Shown here: positions 18,414 through 27,541 of the stretch, one piece after another
Numbering within the stretch: position 1 is the first letter of the stretch
Layout: each line of letters starts with the position of its first letter
From: Planctomycetota bacterium
GTDB taxonomy: Bacteria > Planctomycetota > MHYJ01 > WSZJ01
Direction: 5' to 3'
DNA length: 64,000 nt
Assembly (NCBI GenBank): GCA_038060895.1
Contig: JBBTCT010000002.1
Coordinates: forward strand, 192,001-256,000
Notes under the pieces: generated by a model
What the model was told of the DNA's origin: nothing
What the model saw: the letters and a program-made list of their open reading frames with translations, nothing else
Database searches by the model: none
Program-made: the position numbers and the translations under genes

Positions 18414-20279
18414 TTGGACCTTCGCCTAACCGGCCCTGAGCCCACCGATACCGAGCGCGCGTCCGTCGACAGCGTTCTCGGCTCGCCGGTCTCCGGCTGG
18501 GCGGGCGGAGAGCGCGATCTCGCCACGGAAAGCCACACGGCACTCACGGGCGGACACGAAGCGCGCTCGCGGCGCGACCTCCTGCTCCCCGCGCTTCACG
18601 CCATCCAGAACCGCTTCGGGTGGATCCCCCCGGGTGCGCTTCGCTACGTCTGCGAGCGCCTCACCGTCCCGCCTGCCGAAGCGTACGGCGTGGCGACCTT
18701 CTACCACATGTTCTCGACGACGCCGCGGCCCGCGGCGGTCGCGCACGTGTGCGATGACATCGCGTGCCGGATCAAGGGAAGCGAGAAAGTCTGCGCCGAG
18801 CTGGAGAAAAAGCTCGGCCCCGCCGGCCACGGCCATGCGGGAACGCCCGCGACCTGGCAGCGCAGCCCGTGCCTCGGCCAGTGCGAGCGCGGACCGGCCG
18901 CGATGATCGTGCGTGCGGGCGAGAAGCCGGAGACGTTCAACGTGCCGGGGACGGCGGAAGCGGTGCTTGCCGGTCTCAAGGGAGGCGCTTCCGGCGAAGA
19001 CCTCGACTCGATGCGGCGGAGCGTGCCGCAGGCGGGCGACGCGGGTCTCAAACTGATCCAGAGGATCGGGCGCGTTGACCCCGCCAGCCTCGAGGCGTAT
19101 CGCGCGAGCGGGGGCTACGCGGGGCTGAAGAAAGCGGTCGCGCTCGGGCCCGCCGCGACGATCTCGGAGGTCACCGCCAGCAAACTGGTCGGCCGCGGCG
19201 GCGCGGCGTTCCCGACGGGGCGCAAGTGGGACGCGGTCGCGAAGGAGCCCGCGAAGCCGCACTGGCTCATCTGTAACGCGGACGAGTCAGAGCCTGGGAC
19301 GTTCAAGGACCGGCTGCTGATGGAGGGCGATCCGTTCGCGGTCGTCGAGGGCATGACGATCGGCGGGTTCGCGACGGGGTGCGAGCACGGTTTCATCTAC
19401 ATCCGCGGCGAGTACCCGCTGGCGGCGAAGCGCATGCAGGCCGCGATCGACGCGGCGCGCGCCGCCGGGATGCTCGGCAAGAACGTGATGGGGGCGGGCT
19501 TCGCCTTCGACATCGAAATCCGCCGCGGCGCGGGGGCGTACATCTGCGGCGAAGAAACCGCGCTGATCAATTCGATCGAGGGCAAACGCGGCGAGCCGCG
19601 CAACAAGCCGCCCTTCCCCGTGCAGGTCGGACTCTTCAACAAGCCCACGCTCGTGAACAACGTCGAAACGCTCGCGAATGTCCCGCCGATCCTCGCGGGC
19701 GGAAGCGCCGCGTGGGCGGGGATCGGGACGACAGGCTCGGCGGGGCCGAAACTGTTCTGCCTGTGCGGGCACGTCGTGAAACCGGGGCTCTACGAAGTCC
19801 CGTTCGGGAAAACGCTGCGCGAAGTTCTCACGCTCGCGGGCGGCGCTTCCGGGAACATCCAGGCGATCCTCCTCGGCGGCGCGGCGGGGACGTTCGTGGG
19901 GCCCGACAAGCTCGACGTGCCGCTGACGTTCGAAGGCACGCGCGCGATCAACGCTTCGCTCGGCTCCGGCGTCATCCTCGTCTTCGACGACACCGTGCGC
20001 ATGACCGACATCCTGTCCCGCGTCGCGCGCTTCTTCCGCGACGAGTCCTGCGGCCAGTGCGTGCCGTGCCGCGTCGGCACGGCCCGGCAGGAAGAGCTGC
20101 TGACGAGGCTGCGCGACGGGAAGGCGCTGGGATCGCGCGAAGAGGAACTCGCGCTTTTCGCAGAGATCGCGCAGGCGATGCGCGACGCGTCGATCTGCGG
20201 CCTCGGCCAGACGGCCGCTTCGGCAATCGAGTCAGCGGTCGTGGCGCTGGGGCCGGCCGTGCTGGGAGGAACAAAGTGA
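18414..20279 (+). CDS. NuoE-NuoF fusion (FMN/NAD diaphorase subunit of soluble FDH)
   Basis: CDDIAC…CLGQC 2Fe-2S; GRGGAAFPTG, NADESEPG, GAGAYICGEETAL, ESCGQCVPCR…CGLG. Confidence 0.92.
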   Translation: MDLRLTGPEPTDTERASVDSVLGSPVSGWAGGERDLATESHTALTGGHEARSRRDLLLPALHAIQNRFGWIPPGALRYVCERLTVPPAEAYGVATFYHMFSTTPRPAAVAHVCDDIACRIKGSEKVCAELEKKLGPAGHGHAGTPATWQRSPCLGQCERGPAAMIVRAGEKPETFNVPGTAEAVLAGLKGGASGEDLDSMRRSVPQAGDAGLKLIQRIGRVDPASLEAYRASGGYAGLKKAVALGPAATISEVTASKLVGRGGAAFPTGRKWDAVAKEPAKPHWLICNADESEPGTFKDRLLMEGDPFAVVEGMTIGGFATGCEHGFIYIRGEYPLAAKRMQAAIDAARAAGMLGKNVMGAGFAFDIEIRRGAGAYICGEETALINSIEGKRGEPRNKPPFPVQVGLFNKPTLVNNVETLANVPPILAGGSAAWAGIGTTGSAGPKLFCLCGHVVKPGLYEVPFGKTLREVLTLAGGASGNIQAILLGGAAGTFVGPDKLDVPLTFEGTRAINASLGSGVILVFDDTVRMTDILSRVARFFRDESCGQCVPCRVGTARQEELLTRLRDGKALGSREEELALFAEIAQAMRDASICGLGQTAASAIESAVVALGPAVLGGTK

Positions 20280-21250
20280 GCGACTCCCCGATCTGGTTCC
20301 AGCCGCCGCCGAGGCCGACGAACCCGCCTGCCCGCCCGCCTGCCAGCCCGCCCGCACTCCTGGACTGCACGATCGACGGGAAGGCGGTGAAGGTGCCGCA
20401 GGGGCAGACGATTCTCGAGGCGTGCCGCGCGCTCGGTATCGAGACGCCGACGCTCTGCTACCTCGAGAACCTGACGCCCGTAAACGTCTGCCGCGTCTGC
20501 GTCGTGGAGATCGCGGGGGCGCGGGTGCTGGCGCCGGCGTGTTCGCGCAAGGTCGAGAAGGGGATGGACATCAGGACGGACAGCCCGCGCGTTCGGCTGT
20601 CGCGCAAGATGGTGCTCGAGTTCCTCGCTTCGTCCGTGGACCTCTCCACCGCGCCGACGGTGAACGAATGGATGACGAAGTATGGCGCGAAGCCCGGACG
20701 CTACGGCGCCGCCTATCCCGCCGCGAAGGCGAATGGGCGCGACCACCGCGAACCGGGACACCATCACGACGGCGACGGCCGCGCCGAAACCGTCCACCAG
20801 CCCGTCAAGGTGGACAACGACCTCTACGTCCGCGACTACTCCAAGTGCATCCTCTGCTACAAGTGCGTCGAAGCCTGCGGCACTGACGCCCAGAACACCT
20901 TCGCCATCGCCGTCGCCGGCCGCGGCTTCGACGCCCGTATTTCCACCGAACACAACGTCTCCCTCCCCGACTCCGCCTGCGTCTATTGCGGCAACTGCAT
21001 CGGCGTCTGCCCCACCGGCGCGCTGATGTTCAAGAGCGAGCACGACATGCGCGCCGCGAAGACGTGGGACGAGAAGAAGCAGACGAAAACCGACACGATC
21101 TGCCCGTATTGCGGCGTCGGATGCACGCTGACGCTTCATGCGCAGGACAACAAGATCGTGAAAGTGACCTCGCCGATGGATGTCGAAATCACCCACGGGC
21201 ACTTGTGTATCAAGGGCCGGTTTGGGTATGGGTTTGTGCAGGGAAGCTGA
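20276..21250 (+). CDS. NuoG/FdhA N-terminal-like Fe-S subunit ending in the molybdopterin-oxidoreductase Fe4S4 domain
   Basis: PTLCY…VCRVC…AC; CILCYKCVEAC; CVYCGNCIGVCP; C-terminal CPYCGVGC…LCIKG; GTG 20276 after GGAGG. Confidence 0.9.
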   Translation: MSDSPIWFQPPPRPTNPPARPPASPPALLDCTIDGKAVKVPQGQTILEACRALGIETPTLCYLENLTPVNVCRVCVVEIAGARVLAPACSRKVEKGMDIRTDSPRVRLSRKMVLEFLASSVDLSTAPTVNEWMTKYGAKPGRYGAAYPAAKANGRDHREPGHHHDGDGRAETVHQPVKVDNDLYVRDYSKCILCYKCVEACGTDAQNTFAIAVAGRGFDARISTEHNVSLPDSACVYCGNCIGVCPTGALMFKSEHDMRAAKTWDEKKQTKTDTICPYCGVGCTLTLHAQDNKIVKVTSPMDVEITHGHLCIKGRFGYGFVQGS

Positions 21251-21288
21251 GAGCTGCCAGCGGCCCGTCGCCAGTGAAAGTCAACGAA

Positions 21289-22446
21289 TCAGCTTCTGCG
21301 CGGACGCCGCTGGGCAAAACGGGGCTTCGCATCCGGCGGTGCAGTCGGCTGCACCGGCGCGGGAGCAGCGGCCGGCGCCGGATGCCAGAGCTCCCAGACG
21401 CAGCGCTCGAGGACCATGGCGAAATCGGCCGGGGTGGCGAACCGATGCGCCCGGTCTTTCTGCAGCGCGCACGCGACGGCGTTCGCCGTCGCGAACGACA
21501 CCGCGGGATTCACCTGGTTGACCAGCGGCGGCACCTGATGGAGGTGCTGCTTGAGCACATCGTTGACCGTGTCGCCCGCGAAGGGCGGGCCGCCGGTCAG
21601 GAGGTGGAAGAGCGTCGCGCCGAGCGAGTAGACGTCGCTTCGGATGTCGATGTCTCCCGTGCCGCGCACCTGTTCGGGGGACATGTAGGCCGGCGTGCCG
21701 GTGAGCGCGCCGTCGGCGCCGCCGCCCTGGGTCACGGCGATCCCAAGGTCCGCGAGCTTCGCGGCGCCGTTGCGCGCGATCAGGATGTTGCCGGGCTTCA
21801 CGTCGCGGTGGACGAGCCCGTTCTCGTGGGCGTGCTGAAGCGCTTTCGCGATCTGGATCGCAACTCCGAGCGCGTAGCGTTCGTCGAGCGGGCGGCCGGG
21901 TTGCAGGAGCCCGCGAAGCGTCGCCCCTTCGACGAATTCCATGACGAAGTAGTGCACGCCGTTGGCGCACCCCACGTCGATTCCCTGCACGACGTTCGGA
22001 TGCGACAGTCGCGCCACGACCCGCGCTTCACGAACGAACTTCGACACGATGTCCGCCTTTTCGGCGAGTCGCGGATGCAGGATCTTGAGCGCGACCACCC
22101 GGTCCATCGAGATCTGCACGGCGCGCAGCACGCGGCCGGATTGCCCGCGCCCGATCTCCTCGTGGAGGCGGTAGCCAGGAATCTCGAGCACATCCTCGGC
22201 GGCCGACTGGACTTTTTTCACGACCGCGGCCTGCGCCGGGGAGATCCATCCCCTCACGATGAGCAGTTCGCCAAGCCGTACCGCCAGCGTCCCGCCCGCC
22301 TGCAGGTTCTGCTGGATGGCCAGCGCTTCATTCAGGCGTTCCTTCGTGATGAAACCCAGCCGGACCGCCACAGCGCCGAATTGTTGATCCGGACGCGGCG
22401 GCGTAGCCGGTTGCTTTGAATCCGACGGCCCGGGCGCGGGTTTCAT
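21289..22446 (-). CDS. Ser/Thr protein kinase with N-terminal MshEN-like segment
   Basis: GRGQSG, VALK, HRDVKPGN, ADLG, GTPAYMSPE; RLGELLIVRGWIS. Confidence 0.9.
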   Translation of the reverse strand: MKPAPGPSDSKQPATPPRPDQQFGAVAVRLGFITKERLNEALAIQQNLQAGGTLAVRLGELLIVRGWISPAQAAVVKKVQSAAEDVLEIPGYRLHEEIGRGQSGRVLRAVQISMDRVVALKILHPRLAEKADIVSKFVREARVVARLSHPNVVQGIDVGCANGVHYFVMEFVEGATLRGLLQPGRPLDERYALGVAIQIAKALQHAHENGLVHRDVKPGNILIARNGAAKLADLGIAVTQGGGADGALTGTPAYMSPEQVRGTGDIDIRSDVYSLGATLFHLLTGGPPFAGDTVNDVLKQHLHQVPPLVNQVNPAVSFATANAVACALQKDRAHRFATPADFAMVLERCVWELWHPAPAAAPAPVQPTAPPDAKPRFAQRRPRRS

Positions 22447-22471
22447 TCCTCGCGAGTGTAGCTGTTTGCGC

Positions 22472-23614
22472 TTACTTCAAATGCTTCGCCGCCTTGTTCA
22501 GGCACATGAGGCTGTACAGAGTCGGAAGCGGCTCCATGTCCTCCATCCATTTCGGATCGCCGAGCCAGGTGCCGTCTTCCTTCTGGAGACTCTTCAGCTT
22601 CGCGACGAGCTCCTCCGCCCACTTGTGCGACTCGCCGTCGCCGTCCTTGATCTCGTCGAGGCCGGAGGCATGAAGCGCGGTCGAAAACGTGTGGTAGTAG
22701 TAGTACATCCCGCGAGTTCCCATGCCGGGGTTTTCGTCGAGCGTGTAGTTCTTCCCGATCCAGGCGAGCGCTGATTTCACTCGCGCGTCGTCTTTCGTGA
22801 GACCGGCGTAGAGCATCGACTTGTAGCCGGCATACGTCATCGACCCGTAGGAACGGATGCACTCCTTGCCGTTGGGGAGCTTCATCCTCTCGGCCTTGCC
22901 GTCGCCGGGACGGTAGAAGAACCCGCCGTCGTCGCCGACCACGACTCCGGCCTTGTCGAATCCGGGGCCGTCGTTCGATTCGCTGCGATTCTGGCAGCGC
23001 TCGAGGAACTTCACTGCCCGCTTCCAGGCCTCGCTGTCCCTCGGCAGGTCCGCGGCGTTCAGCGCTTCCATCATGTAGGAAGTGTTGGACATGTCGCCGC
23101 GCGGCTTCCCTCCGCGCTCGTCGTACCCGGCGCCGCCGTAGTTCGGGTCAGCGGGGTCCGCCTTCTGCGACCCGGCTTCCTGGCACTGGAAGGCGACCAG
23201 CCAGGCGCTTCCTTTCTGGATAGCCTCCTTGTACTTCTCCTTGTCCGCGGTCGCGAGCGCGACGACGGCGATCGCGGTCTTGTAGTTCGTCATCAGCGGA
23301 ACCTTGCCGGCGTTGTGGATTTCGCCGTCGCTCCCCTGGTTTCTCACCAGGTAGGCGCACCCCTTTGAGATCGCATCGGCGTATTTCTTGCTCCCGGTTT
23401 CCGATCCAGCAAGCGCCGACACGGCAAGTCCCGTCATCGAGACGTCGGAGTCCTTGCCGGCCATCGGCATGCCCCAGCCGCCGTCTTCGGCCTGTTTGCC
23501 TGCAATGACGGCCGCGCCTTTGTCCCAGGTCGCCTGGAGGTCTTCGTTCGGTCCCGCCGAGGCGAGTGCGCCGGCAAGCGAGAGGACAACGGTCGCAAGC
23601 GAAAATTGGTTCAT
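22472..23614 (-). CDS. secreted prenyltransferase/squalene-cyclase-fold (alpha/alpha barrel) repeat protein
   Basis: QW-like repeats QAEDGGW, QGSDGE, QKEDGTW; DMSNT; YGSMTYAG; signal peptide from ATG 23614. Confidence 0.8.
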   Translation of the reverse strand: MNQFSLATVVLSLAGALASAGPNEDLQATWDKGAAVIAGKQAEDGGWGMPMAGKDSDVSMTGLAVSALAGSETGSKKYADAISKGCAYLVRNQGSDGEIHNAGKVPLMTNYKTAIAVVALATADKEKYKEAIQKGSAWLVAFQCQEAGSQKADPADPNYGGAGYDERGGKPRGDMSNTSYMMEALNAADLPRDSEAWKRAVKFLERCQNRSESNDGPGFDKAGVVVGDDGGFFYRPGDGKAERMKLPNGKECIRSYGSMTYAGYKSMLYAGLTKDDARVKSALAWIGKNYTLDENPGMGTRGMYYYYHTFSTALHASGLDEIKDGDGESHKWAEELVAKLKSLQKEDGTWLGDPKWMEDMEPLPTLYSLMCLNKAAKHLK

Positions 23615-23825
23615 CCGGGTTTCTCTCCTTGTGAGCGTCAGGAACGGACGCGAGTCCGGCATTCTATCCCACGGCCTGCAGTGCAATAGCCGGACCACGG
23701 CGGGGGTGGTCGGAGCATCGAACCCGGCCGCGTGACGTCCGAGGGATGTTCGATTCTTGCCCGGACCCGGCCAAGAGTTCGCCACCTGGCGACTCCCCAC
23801 GCGCACGACTCCCGGGCGCTTGGAC

Positions 23826-23840
23826 TGGCACATCCGTTGC
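23826..23840 (+). promoter_or_regulatory. putative sigma-54 (-24/-12) promoter
   Basis: TGGCACATCCGTTGC = TGGCAC-N5-TTGC, 40 nt upstream of ATG 23881. Confidence 0.6.
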
Positions 23841-23880
23841 GTCAGGCGCATCACTTCTCGATCCAGGGGGAAGACAGCTG

Positions 23881-26085
23881 ATGCGCCTCGCGCTCGCCGT
23901 GTCGTTCGTGCTGGCCGGTTGCCTGCTGGCGCAGGAGCCGGCGACGGGGAAGGACGACTCAAAGCCCGCGGGTGAAGATCCCGAGAAGAAGCCCGAGGAA
24001 AAGACGCCCGCCGACGGCGAAGCGAAGAAACCCGAAGGCGGGAGAATACTTGAACCTGACGCCGCGGAGAAAAAAGGCCTCATCATCTCCGCGACCCGCC
24101 TTGAGCGCCCCGATGCCGAGGTCCCCCGCGCGACCAACCTCATCGAACCCGAGGACCTGTGGCGCGACAACCCGCGCTCCGTCCCCGCATCGCTCCAGCG
24201 CCAGCCCGGCATCATGGTGCAGTCCACCGAATATGGCGGCGGCTCTCCCGCGGTCCGCGGACTCATTGGCCAGCAGGTGCTGCTCATGATCGACGGCGTG
24301 CGCATCAACAACTCCATCTTCCGCTTCGGCCCCAACCAGTATCTCTCCACCGTTGACCCGTTCATCATCGACCGCATCGAGGTCGTGCGCGGGCCGGGGT
24401 CGGTTCTCTATGGAAGCGACGCGCTGGGCGGGACGATTTCGCTCTGGACGCGGCACCGCGAGGAGTTCGGCACGCCGCTCGACGCACACATCCGCTCGAA
24501 AGCGCGCGGCGCTTCGGCGGACCGCTCGTTCCAGATCCGCGCCGAGACCGAGGGCAACCTCGGGCCGGTCGGATGGCTGGTCGGAGGATCGGGGAAGTGG
24601 CGCCAGGACCTGGACGGCGGCGACCACACCGGCCGGCAGCCCTTCACCGGATACGACGATTTCAACGGTGACATCCACCTCGACTACCACATCAACGACC
24701 ACTGGACGCTCCGCGGCGCCGCCATCGCCGCGTGGCAGGACAACGTGCCGCGTTCGGACCAGCTTTTCATCGGCTACCGCAACACCGGCACCGCCGCGTT
24801 CCAGGAATTCCACCGCAAGTGGCAGAGGCACGAGCTGTACTACGGGAAGCTGGAAGGACGCGACCTGGGGGATGCGATCCACGCGGTTGACGTCACGGTG
24901 AGCGCGGACCATCAGAGCGAACTGCGCAACATCCGCCGAACCGGCTCGACGGTCCTGCAGCGCGACGAAGACGCGGTGCTGTCGGCCGGGCTGAGCGCCA
25001 TGATCGCGAGCAAGGTCATTCCCTATAACACGCTCACGGGCGGCTTCGAGCTCTACAACGACTGGGTCAACTCCGACACCGAGTCCACGGACCTGCTGAC
25101 CGGACTGGAAACGAAAGCGCCGCAGCGCGGTTCCTTCGCCGACGACTCCACCTACCGCACCCTCGGCATCTACCTCCAGGATGAACTCAAGCCGTGCGAC
25201 TGGCTCTCCTTCGTCGGCGGTGTGCGCTTCACGCACATCCGCGTCGAAATGGACGAACTCGACCCCGTCCCGGGCGACGGCGTGGATCTCGGAGACCTCA
25301 CGAGGACGTTCACCGACATTTCGTGGGACCTCCACGGCAACGTCCGCATTCCCATTCCTGAGATCAACCTCTGGGGCGTCGCCGGCATCAGCCGCGGTTT
25401 CCGCGCGCCCAACATCGACGACTTCAGCGTGTTCGCAGAAGGGGGCTCGTCGTTCGACGTCCCCAATCCCGACGTCAAGCCCGAGTCGATGATCCAGATC
25501 GAAGCGGGGCTCAAAGGCGGGAACAAGAAATGGAAGGGCTCGCTCTTCGCCTTCAAGTCGCACATCGACGACCTCATCACACGGCAGGACACGACGTTTG
25601 GGGGCTCTTCGATTTCTCCCTCGGGCAAACCGTTCAAGACCCGCGACAACAGCCGCCACGCCGCGATCTACGGAGTCGAGCTGGACCTCGAAATCGAAGT
25701 CATTCCGCACGTGCGCCCGTTCGTGGTCTTCACGTACATCGTCGGCCGCGACCGCGATCGGGACGAAGTGATCCGCCGGATGCCGCCGGCGATGGCGACC
25801 TACGGCGTCCGGTACCAGGAGGACAAGTGGTTCATCGAGGGGTACCTCGAGAGCGCGAGGGGGCAGGACCGGCTGAGCGCGGACGACAAGACGGACGTGC
25901 GGATTCCGAAGGGCGGCACTCCGGGGTGGACGACGTTCAACGTGCGTGGCGGGTACGAGTTCACGAAACGGATCAAGGCGACGCTTTCGGTGGGGAATTT
26001 GTTCGACAAGGACTATCGGTATCACGGGAGCGGAGTGAACGAGCCGGGGCTGAATGCGACGATGAGTCTGGAGGTCGGGTTCTAG
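23881..26085 (+). CDS. TonB-dependent outer membrane receptor
   Basis: IISATR box, plug IDGVRIN…RIEVVRGPGSVLYGSDALGG, FRAPN, NLFDKDY, terminal F. Confidence 0.92.
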   Translation: MRLALAVSFVLAGCLLAQEPATGKDDSKPAGEDPEKKPEEKTPADGEAKKPEGGRILEPDAAEKKGLIISATRLERPDAEVPRATNLIEPEDLWRDNPRSVPASLQRQPGIMVQSTEYGGGSPAVRGLIGQQVLLMIDGVRINNSIFRFGPNQYLSTVDPFIIDRIEVVRGPGSVLYGSDALGGTISLWTRHREEFGTPLDAHIRSKARGASADRSFQIRAETEGNLGPVGWLVGGSGKWRQDLDGGDHTGRQPFTGYDDFNGDIHLDYHINDHWTLRGAAIAAWQDNVPRSDQLFIGYRNTGTAAFQEFHRKWQRHELYYGKLEGRDLGDAIHAVDVTVSADHQSELRNIRRTGSTVLQRDEDAVLSAGLSAMIASKVIPYNTLTGGFELYNDWVNSDTESTDLLTGLETKAPQRGSFADDSTYRTLGIYLQDELKPCDWLSFVGGVRFTHIRVEMDELDPVPGDGVDLGDLTRTFTDISWDLHGNVRIPIPEINLWGVAGISRGFRAPNIDDFSVFAEGGSSFDVPNPDVKPESMIQIEAGLKGGNKKWKGSLFAFKSHIDDLITRQDTTFGGSSISPSGKPFKTRDNSRHAAIYGVELDLEIEVIPHVRPFVVFTYIVGRDRDRDEVIRRMPPAMATYGVRYQEDKWFIEGYLESARGQDRLSADDKTDVRIPKGGTPGWTTFNVRGGYEFTKRIKATLSVGNLFDKDYRYHGSGVNEPGLNATMSLEVGF

Positions 26086-26090
26086 GAGTT

Positions 26091-26130
26091 GCGGAGGCTG
26101 GCAGAGGCTGGCGGAGGCTGGCGGAGGCTG
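26091..26130 (+). repeat. tandem decamer GC(G/A)GAGGCTG x4
   Basis: gcggaggctg gcagaggctg gcggaggctg gcggaggctg. Confidence 0.85.
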
Positions 26131-26194
26131 AGCCGGGTTGCTGGTCGGCGCTTTCGCTTCTTTCCTCACCTTTCCCCCTTTATCGTTAGCGGCG

Positions 26195-27541
26195 ATGAAC
26201 ATTGCCGCCGTGATTCTTGCCGCTGGACAGGGCGTCCGGATGAAGTCCGACCGGGCGAAGGTCCTGCATGAGGTGTGCGGGAAGACCCTCCTGGCGCACG
26301 TCCTCGACGCGGTGCGGACGCTCAAGCCCGACCCGCTCATCGTCGTCGTCGGGCAGGGCGCCGAGGAAGTGAAGGCGGAGTTCAAGGGCGAGAAGGTGAC
26401 CTGGGTCGAGCAGAAGGAACGGCGCGGGACGGGACACGCGTTGGCTCAGGCCGAAGCGGCGCTCAACGGATTCACGGGGCGGCTTTTCGTCCTCTGCGGC
26501 GACGCGCCGCTCGTGCGGGCGGAGACGCTGGAAGCGCTGGGCCGTGCCGCGAACGGCCGCGTCGCGACGGTGCTGACCTGCGAGGTCGAGGACGCTTCCG
26601 GCTACGGCCGGATCATCCGCGGCTCCAAGGGGGACGTCACGCGGATTGTGGAGCACCGGGACGCCACGGAGGAGGAGCGCGAGATCCGGGAGATCAACAG
26701 CGGCGGGTACGCGTTCGACGCGCCGGCGGTCTTTGACGCAGTGCGTCAATTGAAGCCGGCCAACGCACAGGGGGAGTACTACCTGACGGACGTGCTGCCG
26801 GTCATGATGAAGAAGGGACGCCTCGGCGCCTGCGTCGCGGAGGATCCCGCGGAAGTGCTTGGCGTCAACTCCCGCCGCGACCTCGCGCTCGCCACTTCAA
26901 AAATGCGCGACCGCATCCTCCGCCAGCACATGGACGCGGGCGTCACCATCGTCGCGCCCGACCTCACGTTCATCGAGTGCGGCGTCGAGATCGGCGCCGA
27001 CACGGTCATTGAGCCCTTCACCGTCATCCGCAGCGGCGTGAAGATCGGCTCGCACTGCGAAGTCGGCCCCTTCTGCCAGCTCCGCGCCGGGGCGGTGCTC
27101 GAGGACCACGCCGAGGTCGGCAATTTCGTCGAGATGAAAAAGTCCCGCCTCGGCTCGCACTCAAAGGCGAAACACCTCTCCTACCTCGGCGACGCCACCA
27201 TCGGCGCACGCGTCAACATCGGCGCCGGCACCATCACCGCCAACTACGACGGCGTGAACAAGCACCCGACGGTCATCGAGGACGGCGCTTCCACCGGCAG
27301 CCACACGGTCTTGGTCGCGCCCTCAACCATGAAGAAGGGCTCGAAGACCGGCGCCGGAGCCGTCGTGACACGGAAGACGATGGCGGAGGGTGAGACATGG
27401 GTCGGCGTCCCGGCTCGCCCGCTCGCCCGCGCGCCCGCGCGCCCGCCTTCCCCAAGTCCCGACAAACCGTTGACCACGCCTCCTGCCCGCAAGACACTCA
27501 TCGCCCCAGTTTCCAAGAAACGGAGCGGCCCGCGTGCGTAA
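26195..27541 (+). CDS. glmU: bifunctional UDP-GlcNAc pyrophosphorylase/acetyltransferase
   Basis: ILAAGQGVRMKS, GYGRI, QGEYYLTD, GNFVEMK, HLSYLGD, NYDG. Confidence 0.95.
   Translation: MNIAAVILAAGQGVRMKSDRAKVLHEVCGKTLLAHVLDAVRTLKPDPLIVVVGQGAEEVKAEFKGEKVTWVEQKERRGTGHALAQAEAALNGFTGRLFVLCGDAPLVRAETLEALGRAANGRVATVLTCEVEDASGYGRIIRGSKGDVTRIVEHRDATEEEREIREINSGGYAFDAPAVFDAVRQLKPANAQGEYYLTDVLPVMMKKGRLGACVAEDPAEVLGVNSRRDLALATSKMRDRILRQHMDAGVTIVAPDLTFIECGVEIGADTVIEPFTVIRSGVKIGSHCEVGPFCQLRAGAVLEDHAEVGNFVEMKKSRLGSHSKAKHLSYLGDATIGARVNIGAGTITANYDGVNKHPTVIEDGASTGSHTVLVAPSTMKKGSKTGAGAVVTRKTMAEGETWVGVPARPLARAPARPPSPSPDKPLTTPPARKTLIAPVSKKRSGPRA

Noticed and set aside
18414-20279. Electron-bifurcating (HydB-like) subunit
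   Set aside because: The protein ends right after the NuoF 4Fe-4S motif, with no extra C-terminal Fe-S domains
23695-23735. tRNA-like 3' end on the minus strand (GGTTCGAT…CCCCCGCC)
   Set aside because: The T-stem does not pair, and there is no cloverleaf or CCA
23640-23880. Cobalamin riboswitch before the TonB receptor
   Set aside because: No recognisable B12-box or GCCACTG/GGGAAG core
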